A program made the position numbers and the translations under genes. A DNA stretch of 62,593 nucleotides, filler included, from Bipalium vagum (taxonomy: Eukaryota): the NCBI GenBank assembly GCA_037834085.1. It is 3 parts of 3 records of this genome, joined end to end, with 100 filler letters (N's around TTAATTAATTAA, not from the genome) between each part and the next. Parts side by side here need not be neighbours in the genome. Positions count along the whole stretch, not along the records: positions 1 to 25,285 come from JBBMKC010195719.1; 2 more parts are not named here. One strand, written 5' to 3'. The notes under the pieces are model-generated. The model was not told the origin of the DNA, did no database searches, and was given only the letters and a program-made list of their open reading frames with translations. Numbering within the stretch: the first letter of the stretch is position 1; the number at the start of each line of letters is the position of its first letter. This document shows, piece after piece, positions 1 to 12,400 of the stretch.

Positions 1-12
1 AAATGTTTTAGT

Positions 13-503
13 TTATTTTACATGCACATATTGGATCACCAAGATAAAAATGTTTAGTTTTGAATTATAATTGTCTTTCTTCTCTGCTGACCCTTTGCTT
101 GGAAGTGATGAGCTTTTGCCTGCGAGTCCCCACATTATTATTGATCTTGCTAAATAGGTTGTATCATTATTTTGAATTATGTTAATAGAATTTTGTGCAA
201 AATTTTGTATTATTAAATTTTTAAAATTATTTCCATTACAATTAACATAGTTTCTTCTTTTTCCAACGGGTTTTGTTTGTTCTGATTGTAAATTTTTTTC
301 TAATCTTGTAAATAATTGATGTACCACTTCTCCTTTTTTACATAAAGGAAAACAACTATGTCCTGAATAAATTAAAGGATGTAAAGGTGTCAGCCTAACA
401 TTATAATTATTAATTGTAATGGTTTCTAAAATAAGATTTAAACAATTAGTAATAGTTCTATCTGTAATATCTTTCGGAAAATTTTTAAATTGATAAACTT
501 TAC
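13..503 (-). CDS. Probable coding exon of an unidentified protein (weak by-eye resemblance to the Misato/MSTO1 tubulin-like C-terminal region)
   Basis: The open frame extends upstream of the tracked ORF to an acceptor catttag| at 504: KVYQFKNFPKDITDRTITNCLNLILETITINNYNVRLTPLHPLIYSGHSCFPLCKKG...YLARSIIMWGL. Amino-acid composition is coding-like; the identity is a guess. Confidence 0.35.
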
Positions 504-1489
504 CTAAATGTTTTTTATAATAATGAGAATTTAAATAAGTTATTTTATTACTTCAAAACTTCAAAATCTTAGATTATAATCATCATGAAATAAATCGTCA
601 GGTAAAGAACATTCTTCAAAAGGTAAAACATTTTTATAGCTTGTTATTCATCGAGATTGATGATTGAATTTACAGTGTTTCGGTTTGGCATTTTTTAAAA
701 GAAAATTTGATTTTTTAGGTTTTAAATTTTTTGAATTTTTTATGATGATGAAAAATATTATTTTTTCCCCCAACTACAATTTTATTTATTTAGTATTTTT
801 TAATATTTTTAAAATTTTATTTATGCGACACAAAGTTTACTTTGTAAACACGTTTTTGAAGAACGAATGAGTGAGGGAAAAATGAGGGTACGAACGGGTA
901 CACTTTGTGTGTCTCCATTAGTCGAACCCCAGCTAAAAAACGTCACTTAACCCGAGACCCATAAAATCCGTTAATAGCCCGTCGGGTATCATGCCAGATG
1001 AAGTTTTACCACTTTACCAAATGAATAATTTATTTTCACTATTTTTTTTCTTGTTTACTTTTACTAAATCTTATTTTTCCTTGGTTGAGTAATCAACATT
1101 CTGCCACATATTTTTATTTCTCTAAATTCTTCTTGTAAAAAAACAACATTCATTATTCTCTTAAAATCTGAATCTTTTAAAATATGTAAAATTACTATAG
1201 CACCATTTATAAATAAATCTTCTGGTTGATCTTTGAAATCAAAAAAAGTATTGAATATAAATTTTGATATTCTAATAAACTTAATTTATTATTATTATTA
1301 GAATATTTATATACTTTTACATAATTTCAATATGCTCTATTATTTTTATCTATTGCAAATTTTATAGGATTTAAATGATAATATGAACTTTTATCTTGAA
1401 CTCTTGAATAAGCAAGCTATTATTTTGGTTAAAATCAAATTCTGATTCTCTAAAATCAATAAATATATAAATTGGTGTATTAGACTGCA

Positions 1490-2416
1490 GAGAAGAGAGA
1501 GCTTAACGCATCACCTGGATATCCTGGTATAGTTAACAATTCATAGAGCAAATGTTCGTCTTAAACTGAAATGTAGATATTCGCTTTTCACTAAAAGTTG
1601 AGATAGATAAAAATAGAGTTGAGAATGAAAGTGATGTCGAACGCAGTGTTTCTTTTTGTATGACGCCTGTAAGTGGGATGTCAACCAACAACAAATGATC
1701 CGAAATGGAATTAAGTTTGTCAAAAAGTGTAACGCAATTCTCAGTTCGATGAGCTTATTATTTTTTCCTATTATTTAATGCTAATTCGTAATACTAATTT
1801 ATAATATTACTGCATAAATGTATTTTCATTTACGGGTTGACATTTACATCCTTATTTTGAGCTATTATTATATGTTTTAAAATCATTATTATTAGTATTT
1901 GACAAAGGAGGAAAAACTTATTCAAATTATCAAATCTTTAAGATCAAGAATAAAGAATCTTTATTTTATTATGCTGCTCAAACTGAACTTTTCAATTCTA
2001 ACTTCTTCCTTTTAAAAATGTATACGTAATCGGTTTTAATAATGGACAATGTTTCTTTCCATAAGACTACAAGAATAAGGAAATTGAGAGGAAAACAGTT
2101 TCATTTTATTATTATCTTTGCCTCCATACTCACCTTTTTAAAACCACGTTGGAAATTTATTTTCAAAAGCAGAACGAATTTGAACGAAAGAGACAAGTAA
2201 ATGACGAATCTTTAATGGAACTTATAAAAAATAATGTGTCAAACCTTATTACAAGTGAAGCTTGCTCAGGTTTTGTCGCAACATGGCTTCATACATTCAA
2301 AGATGTTTAACACTAAAATCATAAACAAATAAATTTATTCATTAATAATTTTGTTGTTCATTCTACATACCTGTTTTAATAAAAATTTTGTCAAAATAAA
2401 GTTGAAAACAGTGTAT
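1490..2416 (+). mobile_element. Decayed IS630/Tc1-like transposon remnant
   Basis: Frameshifted DDE motifs MDNVSFHK (~2042) and LPPYSPFL (~2118). The element ends in cagtgta (~2409-2415), a Tc1-type terminus. Confidence 0.65.
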
Positions 2417-3363
2417 ATTAATGCACTTTAATGGAAGTTTTCTACGACCCAACATCGTATACTTCTCTTCAAGCTGTCGTAGGCTAAACTTAATTTATGG
2501 AAGTACAAATCGAGGTTTATGTCAAAAAAATGGAAAAAAGATCAAACTAATGCACGCCCTCAAATTTTCAGAGATTATCAATTTCTTACCTCTGGGAACA
2601 ATTTTATTTTGATAGTTATATAATTATTTTAAGTCTTGCAAATTAGAATGTAAACTTTTTGAAAGCAAGATAAGAAACACGTAAAAGAAAGTTTCCAATT
2701 CGGTTAATTTTATCTGGAAGACAATTCATAATTTTTAAATTAACAATGAACTCTAACAATGTAAAGTAGGTTCTTATTAATTAAAGGATCGAAGTTTAAA
2801 TAACTGCTAAATGAATAATACTAAGAATAAATAAAAACGTAAGATCCATTGGCAACGTCTTTTTATAATTATTATATTTAGTCTGTTTACTGGTCGTTAT
2901 TTAAATATTCCTAATTTTGGATTGATTGCGACATCCGAACAGAATTAATATCATTGTGCCAATTACATTTTGTAGAATTTACCTCGAATGTGATTTCAAA
3001 ATGGTTTATTAAAATAAGAACACAAAAACGTACTTAAGAATCAATCCAAAATAATTACTAAAATTTAGAGAGCATAAAACTTAATTTCTAGATATTAACA
3101 TTCTTTGCTAAGTTTCAATAAAACTCAATTGAAAATAAGCTTGTCTTCTTTAATAATAATTACCATTAATGCTTTCTGAACTTATACAATAATACAATAA
3201 CTCAGTTAAAAATGGCTAAATATCCAATTTCTATTTACTTCTTAAATATAAAAGGTTAATATATAATAAAAATTTAAGGATAATTTTTTAATTAAATATT
3301 TTCTTACGGAAGATTATTATTAATAAAATTACAAAGACATATCTACAATTCATTAAAATTATT

Positions 3364-3681
3364 CTATGTAGATTGAGCTTGTTTCCTTAACATAATATAG
3401 ATTTGTTCTTTTATCCAATCTCTGGAATGAGGTTGATATGCACCAGAATCCTTTGAATAAACCAAGCAGCTAATATCACCTAACTGATCAATGAAATTAA
3501 ACAAGTCGCCAACGTCGTATGTAATTGTTTTCAAATCAGAATTATCAATTGAAATCTTCAAATGTTCTTCATATATTTTAATAACTCCTTCCAAACATTG
3601 ATTTATATTATCATAATCATTCCAAATTCTAGAATCAATTTTCTTTACAAATGCTTGGATTAACAAAATGGTATGAGACAT
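3364..3681 (-). CDS. ERH: Enhancer of rudimentary homolog, intronless
   Basis: 105 aa, MSHTILLIQ...SRIWNDY...CLEGVIKIYEEHLK...ITYDVGDLFNFIDQLGDISCLVY...YQPHSRDWIKEQIYIMLRKQA; matches the ERH family over its full length. Confidence 0.97.
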   Translation of the reverse strand: MSHTILLIQAFVKKIDSRIWNDYDNINQCLEGVIKIYEEHLKISIDNSDLKTITYDVGDLFNFIDQLGDISCLVYSKDSGAYQPHSRDWIKEQIYIMLRKQAQST

Positions 3682-3974
3682 AAATACTATTTCAAAATTT
3701 TAAACTAAATTGGATTATTTAAACAACTGTTAAATAAATTTATTGTTAAAATGTTAACATTCTTAATATTTAATACCACATACAAATTAACAAATATAAA
3801 TAATAAACAATCTCAAAAACGTGGACTTTAGAAAATATGATACAAATAGATTAAGACAAAACATTAACATTTAAATCTTTAAATATTATCAGATTTATAT
3901 AACAAATGGTTACACAAGAATTAATTAATATCTTATACAAATATTGTAACCGATCGAACAGTTTATTATTTTCA

Positions 3975-6383
3975 TTACCCTATTCGAATCATCTGAATAT
4001 CATTTAATGAATTTGTAGGTTGAAATAATTGAGATTGACTTGAACATAATCCAGATTTCATCTTATTTGAGCAAATATATCCACTCAATGAACTTCGACG
4101 TCCATAACTCATTGACTCTATTAATGATGACTGATTTATCTTAATAGCTGGAGCACTTTTACGACGAGAGGCTGTTGGAAATTTTGGATTTTCAATAACA
4201 GGGGTTACAAACTGTACAGAACTATTTCTTGCTTTCGAAATACTTGTGGTAATAAATGATGTAGTAAACATCTCTCCAGGTTGTAAGCTGGTTCTTCGAA
4301 TCATTATTTTGGGCCTGTTTGTAACTAATGACTTTCTAGTATTGGATGAAAGTGATTCTCTATGAAATGATTGCAAAGAAATAGGAAGAGATCCTCTACG
4401 ATATTGTTGGAAATTATTAGGTTGGCATTCATCTGTAATTTCTGAAACATCATATAAATGAAAATTGTCGGTATTCAAATTTTCATCTAGATTAATAGAG
4501 TCTTTGTCAAAGCTTAATAAAATATTTTCATCTTGTATTAAAGGTTTGGCATCAATTAGAAGCTTTTGTAGATGTGATAACTGGTGATTTTTAGAATAGT
4601 CCATAACCTGCATCAATTGTATTCTGTCATAAACCGATTGAATGGACGACAAAATGACATTATTCAATTCTGAGGTTGACAAATCACTTAAGTGCTGCCA
4701 CATTTTTTGATTATAATCAATAAATTCTAGAAGGTTTCTCGTCAAATCTGAGTTCATGAACTGATGCCATAACGTAAATAGTGGCAAGACTAAATAATTG
4801 ATGAAATCTGAAATAAAAATCTTATTATCTTTCAATTTATCTTTTTTCAATAGACTTGTGAAATCTTTAAGTCCAATCAGTTTTAAACTAAAAGTGGCCC
4901 ATATATAGATGCCGCCACTTCTAACAGTTGCTATGAAACATTAGGCTACATAGTAAATGAAACAAAGACATTTTTGAAATCGTATTATATTGATCTTTTT
5001 AATGAATAATTTATTTAATGATAAACCTCTAGATGAAGAGACAGCAACACGAATAAAATGCCAAGGCAATTATTGCTTTTTCCCAAGAAAATTCACAAAA
5101 TAAACTGCCTACGGTTAATCAGTTTGGCCAGAAAAATATTAAATAGAGAACAATCCGGAATGTGATATCACGCTTTCTGAAGACTGGAGTAACAGATTAC
5201 AAGTCAATACCAGGTCTTAAACCAGTTGTAAGTACTCCCAGAACCAAAAGAAAAGTGTTGAGGCACGCGAAAAACAACAGATCACTGTCAGAGATCGTGT
5301 CATCAAAGAAGTTGCATCTGAGTCGTAGTACCTATAGGAGAGTGAAAGAAGCAGAGGAAGCCTAAGTATAATAAAGGTCAGATACAGCTTTCAATTAATT
5401 GGTCAGCTAAGCTTTACAAGGATAGTCTTCCAAGTGGTAAGAATTACTTCTTTGTTTTGAATGACGAAACATATGTGCAACTAGATCCGACACAAGTGCC
5501 TGGTAACCAATATTATTTGTCGGATAATGAAGCGGAGATACCAGTTGAAGAGCGTGTAGTTCAAACCGCTAAATTTGAAAAAAGGTGTATAATCTGGCAA
5601 GTGTTGGCAGAAGACGGATCTGTTTCAGAACCGTTTGTGACTAATGGGTACTGTTAAAGGTGAAATTTATCCAAAAGAATGTATTGAAAAGCGTCTTTTG
5701 CCGTTTTTACAAAAGTTGGATGTCTAAAGGCCAATTTTATTTTGGCCTGATTTGGCAACTTCGCATTATTGTAACATTGTGACGGCCAAATTCAGGGAAG
5801 AGGGCGTCAACTTTGTTTCTAAAGAACAGAACCCGCCTATTTGAAAAATTTTTGGCACTTTGTAAGCAAAGATATCACATGCTGAATAAAGCAATTGACA
5901 GTATACCAAAAATGAAACGAATCTGGACACGCATCTCTAAGGAAATTGCAGCTGAGTCTGGAAAAACCTTGTTTAAACACTTTCGACAAAAATTACGCAC
6001 TTGTTCCGAAAAAGGACCACTTTCTGTTTAAATTTTTTATAAAAATGTTCTTGAATATAAATATTATTCGTTCTAAAAGTTTACTTATGTTTATGTTTGC
6101 TGGTTTACCAAATGTAAAAGTTTGACTCTATATATTGGCCACCCTATATTTGAGATATAACTTCATTTGCAAAAAAAATGGTTTAAAAATCTAAAATTTA
6201 TTTCATTCAATTAAAATAATTTTAATAAATTTTTCTCGATATTTCAATTAATATAAGTAAATAAAAATTATAGTAGGAAAGATATTTTAATCTAAATTTT
6301 AAAAGAGAAATCATAATTCATCTCCCGAATAAATTTCAGAAAATTTTCATTTGAAAAATTTTCAATTACTGCAAATAATAATG

Positions 6384-6424
<41 letters not shown>

Positions 6425-9400
6425 TATAATAAAAAATTCCATTAAATTTATGAAAATCAGCTCAGTTAATATTTTTAACATCTTTTCTTTTCAGCAATTT
6501 GTGTTTGAAGTAAACACAAAAAGAACCTATTTATCAAAGAGTTTTCTTTGATCAAATTGAATATAACAAAGTGATAAGAACAAAATATAATGCAATATCA
6601 ACATATAAATAACCCACAAAATATTCATATTTTGGTAATCAGAATTCTTTACTGACCACTCTATCAAATATCAATAATATTAGCAAAAAATAAGTCTCCA
6701 CGCCTTTACTCATAGGCTGTTTCCTTTGAATTACAGACAATATATAAGTATGAAATTTCATTTTAATAAATCTATTAGTGAAATAAAATCATTAGAATAA
6801 ATAATTATCAAATGGCGGAGTGGTTCGTACGATTTCACCAAGGCAACTTTGTGTTGAAGATGCATCTCGCTCTATTCGACCAATTGCAGATAAAGACGAA
6901 ATCATGGAAATGATTAAGCAAGACCGTCACATTAGCGGTCTAGACATATTTTTCAACAAAACTGTTTTAAATCATATGGGGAAGCTTGGTTACAATAAAA
7001 AGCTTGATATCTAGGTGCCTCATAATTTATCTAAAAAGAATTTAATCAACAGAATTTCTATTAATATTTGTGAATCTTTATTTAAAATAAATGAAGATGA
7101 GCCATTTCTTAAAAACGTGATCACTTCAGATAAAAAGTGAATCACATATGATAGTAATATGAGAAAAAGATCGTGGTTGAGAAAAGATTGTCTTAAAGAA
7201 ATGCGATGTTGTCTTTTTAATGGAATTTGAAAGGAATCAAGCATTTTGAGTTATCAGTGTCTTGAAAGATAAAAATAAGAAATGAAAAAAGCCTGCCAGA
7301 ATTACTAAACAAAAAGGGCGCTGTGTTCTATTACCAAAATGTCGGACGACACATATTTAATGAGAAATTGAAGAGCTTAGTTCTGAGGTTCCCAGATATT
7401 TAGTGCATAGTCCAAATCTAGTACCGTTAGACTAACATTTGTTTCTATCTATCTAGAATTTTCTTAATGGAATTCCAGTGGTTTCAATAGATCATTTTAA
7501 AAAATAAATTGTCAACGAGAATCGTTAGGGATCCTAACAGTGGTGTAGCATTGGCGAAAGTCAAAACCAATTCGAAAAGCCGAGACTGCAACAAAAGAAG
7601 ATCATTGTTTCGGTTCGGTGGTTCACGGTCGGTTTGATTCATTACAGTTTCTTAAATCAAGAAAATATGACATCAGAAAGATATTGTCCAGGAGTCGTCT
7701 ATATGCATCGGAAATTTCAGTCTTTGTGGACCGCAATAGAAAACATCCAATAATTCTTCCAGATAATGCCAGGCCACACGTTACAAAACAATCCTAGCCG
7801 AAATTGAATGATTTTGGATATTAAAGTGTGTCTCATCCAGTATATTCATTGGGTAGAAATGATTATACTTATCAGAGATTATATATTTTGAACGACATAC
7901 TTTCTTGTCTTCTGAGATTTTTGATAATACATTTATCGGTTAAAAAACGCAATTATTTTCTTACCAGCATGATATTAATTATCCTAAGAGCATTGACAGT
8001 CCTTAGGAACTTCGAAAGATTTAATGTTATAAATGTGTAGAAAAACTTGAATCAAAGTAATCTCGTTTCTTATTATAATAGTTTAACATTCTTATTTTAA
8101 ATAAGACTTTAAAAATCCATAATTTTTAAACAATAAAAAGACAAGGAGATACTATACCATAGCCAACATTAGCCTATATATTAAAAGTGACTTTAATTTT
8201 AAACCATTTTCATTACCGCCTAACAACAAATTAAAATTTTCTTTTGGAAACTTGTGATATGGTGCTGATTTCTTTGATTTTCTTAGAAAAGTTCTTGATC
8301 GCATTCTTGTCAAAATTATAGTACTTTCATCATCAATTATAAATTTCCAATGATTTCATACATTTATTTTTCTTACTCAATTAGAAAACCTTTTTTGTTC
8401 AAATTATGAAATCAAATCATCAGCACTGCTTCCATTTTAGACATTATTATTGGTCGATTTTTGTGTCATTATTTTGGTTTGAAATGACTACATTTTTAAC
8501 CGGAGAAGTTTTATCTCACTTACAAATTCTGTTAACAATTGTATAGCTGTAATTTGACCATATCAAAATTTCGATGACTCCAATTCCTTCGTTGAGTCAC
8601 TTGATCATTTTTTATTTTTATTTTAATGTAATTCTTCTACGTCTTTTCTGTGAAGTATTGTTCTTCTAAAATTTCATTTAAATTAGGAAATTAATAAAAG
8701 AAATTTTACTTCTGTTTTTTTAGTTTTATTTTTAAAATATTAAAAAAGTTACACATAATTTTATTAAAATCGAGAAAATTAATAAAAATTATGCTAATTG
8801 AATATTTTGGTAGAAAATATATTTCATAGGCAAATTAAAATTAGGAAATTTGAGGGTTACGCGAATCGAGGTTGACATGTATTGGAAAAGAATTAAAATT
8901 ATCTCATTCTACAGTTCAATATGTAATCAAAAGTTTCCAGATATATCCACTGCAAGTGAGAAGACATTATGGAGATCAAAGTCACTGACAGACCGACAAA
9001 AAAGAGATATTGTTAAAAACATATTGAAAAATCCACAAATAAGTTCTCTCAAACTTGCATAATGAATCAATAGTTTGGTAAATCAATACTATAAAGCTCT
9101 AAGCCACAATTAACAAAAATGGATGACATACAAAGTATGAAATACGATGTTTGTGTCGAAAATCAAATTCCTTTATAAAGTTAACTGTACGAATATTTAT
9201 TTCAAAATGAAATTTATAGTTCTACAAATTGTTGTGCAAACTATTTGAAATAAATAAAATTATTATTTCATAATTATTTTTCTTCATTTCTTTATCGATT
9301 TATTTAAACACCTGAGAGATTCAGATGATAAAACCCTGTATAAGGTTATTTTTAAAATATTTATCTACTAATAATAAAGGCATCATATTTTATTTCCATA

Positions 9401-12400
9401 AATTTTGCTTTGGTGCTCATAATTAATAATAGAAATAAATTGACAGATTTAAATGTTAAGGAGAAAAGAAAATCCAAGACGGAAAACAATAAAATTTGAT
9501 TTGTTTAAAAGAATCAAATTTAAATACAGACTCCAAAGCAACTGTAACCAAAAGACCTAAAATTCAAAATGTTAGAGTTCAAATTTATCGATCAAGCGAA
9601 CAATGTTTATCAACGCACATTTATTAATCTGAAAAAATTTGACTGGCAGACACCAATTGTTTACCTTATAATAATAAAGTGTAATTAGTATAAATTTAGA
9701 AATTCCAGTGTGCACAAGTCGGATTAAATGTTGATTTTTATAGTTCACTGCATTTGTCTCATACTCAATGTTAATTTAATGAAGGATATTATATCAATTC
9801 ATACTGAAAAAGATAATCTTAATAATAATTTAAAAGACATGCCATAGTTAAGATTACATTGTATAAACTTATCGTAAAGGTGGTTTTTTGCGCTTCGGTT
9901 ATGTTTTATCATATTTACCATCGTGAGCCGCTCTTAGCAAAACATCAACAACCTCAAGCATAGATTCTGTACACCAATCACTGAAGATTCCGGGGCTTGT
10001 ACGTAGCGTGTTCCGGAGGCTAATAGGATCTAACAGAAAAGAAATGTGGTGTGCAAATTCAGACTAAGCTTTAGCAACAAGATTATAACAAAAAGCCGAG
10101 CTCAACACTTCTCCCTTCGGTAATCACCGTCTTAGGTAACGAACTCCTCTTCAAAGACATGTACGCGACTATTCATGCTTCTTTTAGAACAGTGATTAAA
10201 CTAAAAAAGAATTTGATATTTTTGTTTGTTTTTTTAATCATTACCTCTGACAGAAACATCTAATTCAAAAAGGAAATTTGACGTGAATAATTATATTTTT
10301 AGTACTCGTTGACCAATTGTATATCAAGAATTTTGTTTTAACCTAAAAATTATTTTCTTTCGTCTTGAAGTGTTGATAACAATGTAAGCAGGATATCGAG
10401 CACTTCATCGTGTCTTTTCCATAACGATAAGCATTTTATAGTCACAACTACATATGGATGGTGAGACAGTTTCTTCTTTCTCATAGCAGTTTCTACAGTT
10501 GCCAGATTTCTTCAAATTTTATTCGCCGACAGGTCATTATTTCGATACTCATGAATAAAGTACAACTTATCTCCACTTCAGAGGTTTCCCTTCATCATTT
10601 GTTTTGCTTAGATCATTCAATATATTTGTTTTCTAATTAATAATTCTAGAAAAAGATACATTAATAACAATAATCATGGAATAGATTAAACATGGAACAA
10701 GTATATCTTTCTACTGAGGTCATATAATTAGTTGAATGAGAAGTGATATTTATTTAAAGGTTCGCCATAATATTAATTTTAAGGACCTAGAAACGAGTGC
10801 TCATACTATTAGCACTGAATCAAGTTGGATTCATGCAAAATTCAGCTTGTCATCCTCTGGAAGAATTATTATTGTGAAAATATGCAGTTGTTTTAGTTTT
10901 GAAATGGAATTATTAAACCAAAAACACAACGAAATCTTAAAATTCATTCGGATAAAGTGTGGTTTTTCCTAGGTTTTGCGAATATCTAAGTTGGAAAAAT
11001 GACTTGTCAAACAATATTTGAAAACTTCACCCGCTCATTAGCGTTATATGTCGAATATACAAAAACTGACGTTTACTGATATCTTACCATGTTGTTCATT
11101 ATCAACATTGTGAAATGGGTCTAATTTTCCGAACAAGTTTTCTAAATGAACGATGACAATCAAAATGATTAACTGTGACAAGTGACGACAAAATTTTATA
11201 ATGATTGTACTTAATGCCATTTAAAAGGAGATTATCTGTCAAATATTTTGTTGCTGATTATCTGAAAAGTACAACTTCCTGTCAGAAAATTTCTACGATG
11301 ATTATTTTTCGATAGAGCCTATTCTGACTTGTTTAAACATTACAAAGATTTACAAGTATAGATAGTAAATATAGGTATCAGCCAGACAAAATGAGGGAGG
11401 TGTCCAGAATGTATGTGATTAATTGTCAAAATAAATCCCGTTGTCATTCACAATAAGATGAATGAATAGAACATTCGACATAATTTTTTTGTGAGAATTT
11501 GATCTAAAAAACGAACACAGTCCCAATTACATCTTGTAACACAGTAATATTCAAAAAAATCAAATCTCTGAACAATCTATTCCGAGATTAGATCAAGGAA
11601 ACAGTACATACTCTGAAGTCCATTGAAGTGGAATTTAAGTACAAATCATAATTCAGAATTAGTGTCACAGTATAATTGATATGTTTTCTAAAAGCACTAT
11701 TTAAAAATTATATAAAATAATAAATAATTTTCTGAAAGCGAATTGAAGATATTTGTCGAAAATTAAAAATGTTAATTTTTTAAATGATAAAGAAGAAATT
11801 TATTGAACACGTTCGTTATTTAAATATTTTAGACAAAGAAAAGTAAGATTTTTCTATGAAACGTAATAAATTAAGAGTGGAAGTTTAAGATAATCAACGA
11901 CATCACCGAAATTAACTTTTCCTTTATAATTGCTTCCCTGAATTTTTTATATTATAGTCCTTATATTTACAGATTCCCTTCACAAGAAAACAATGTTAGC
12001 TAAGGTACTCATTTCCAATAAAAATGCACCTCTCTAAAAATCAAAACTGAACAAATAAAATTTTCAAATATATTTGATCAAATGCATGAAATCAATTATA
12101 TATTTGATTTTCTGTACCACCTAGCATGGAAAGAGCAATATATATATAGTCTTAGCCATAATTAATAGGCCATCCTGCTGACTATAATTTCGTCCTCAAA
12201 ATAAAACCGCCAATTTAATTGTCTATAAAACGATTCTATAGAAGAAAAAGTTAAGCCGGTTCTTGCAATTGAAAATTGTGATTATTTCCAACATGACGGA
12301 GTGATGTCATATGTAAAATTGCGACAAAGCCATTGGTATAAATAAACTTGTTTTGCTGTTTGAATCTTATTAATATTATAACTAAGACAACACTGATTAG

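Noticed and set aside
4808-4850. N-terminus MKKDKLKDNKIFIS of ORF 3975-4850
   Set aside because: It is intronic; the exon starts at the acceptor at 4807 and joins the 15582-15405 exon.
6351-6551. Poly-Ile ORFs (also 24969-25220 and the tail of 42390-42815)
   Set aside because: They are translations of (TAA/TAT)n microsatellites.
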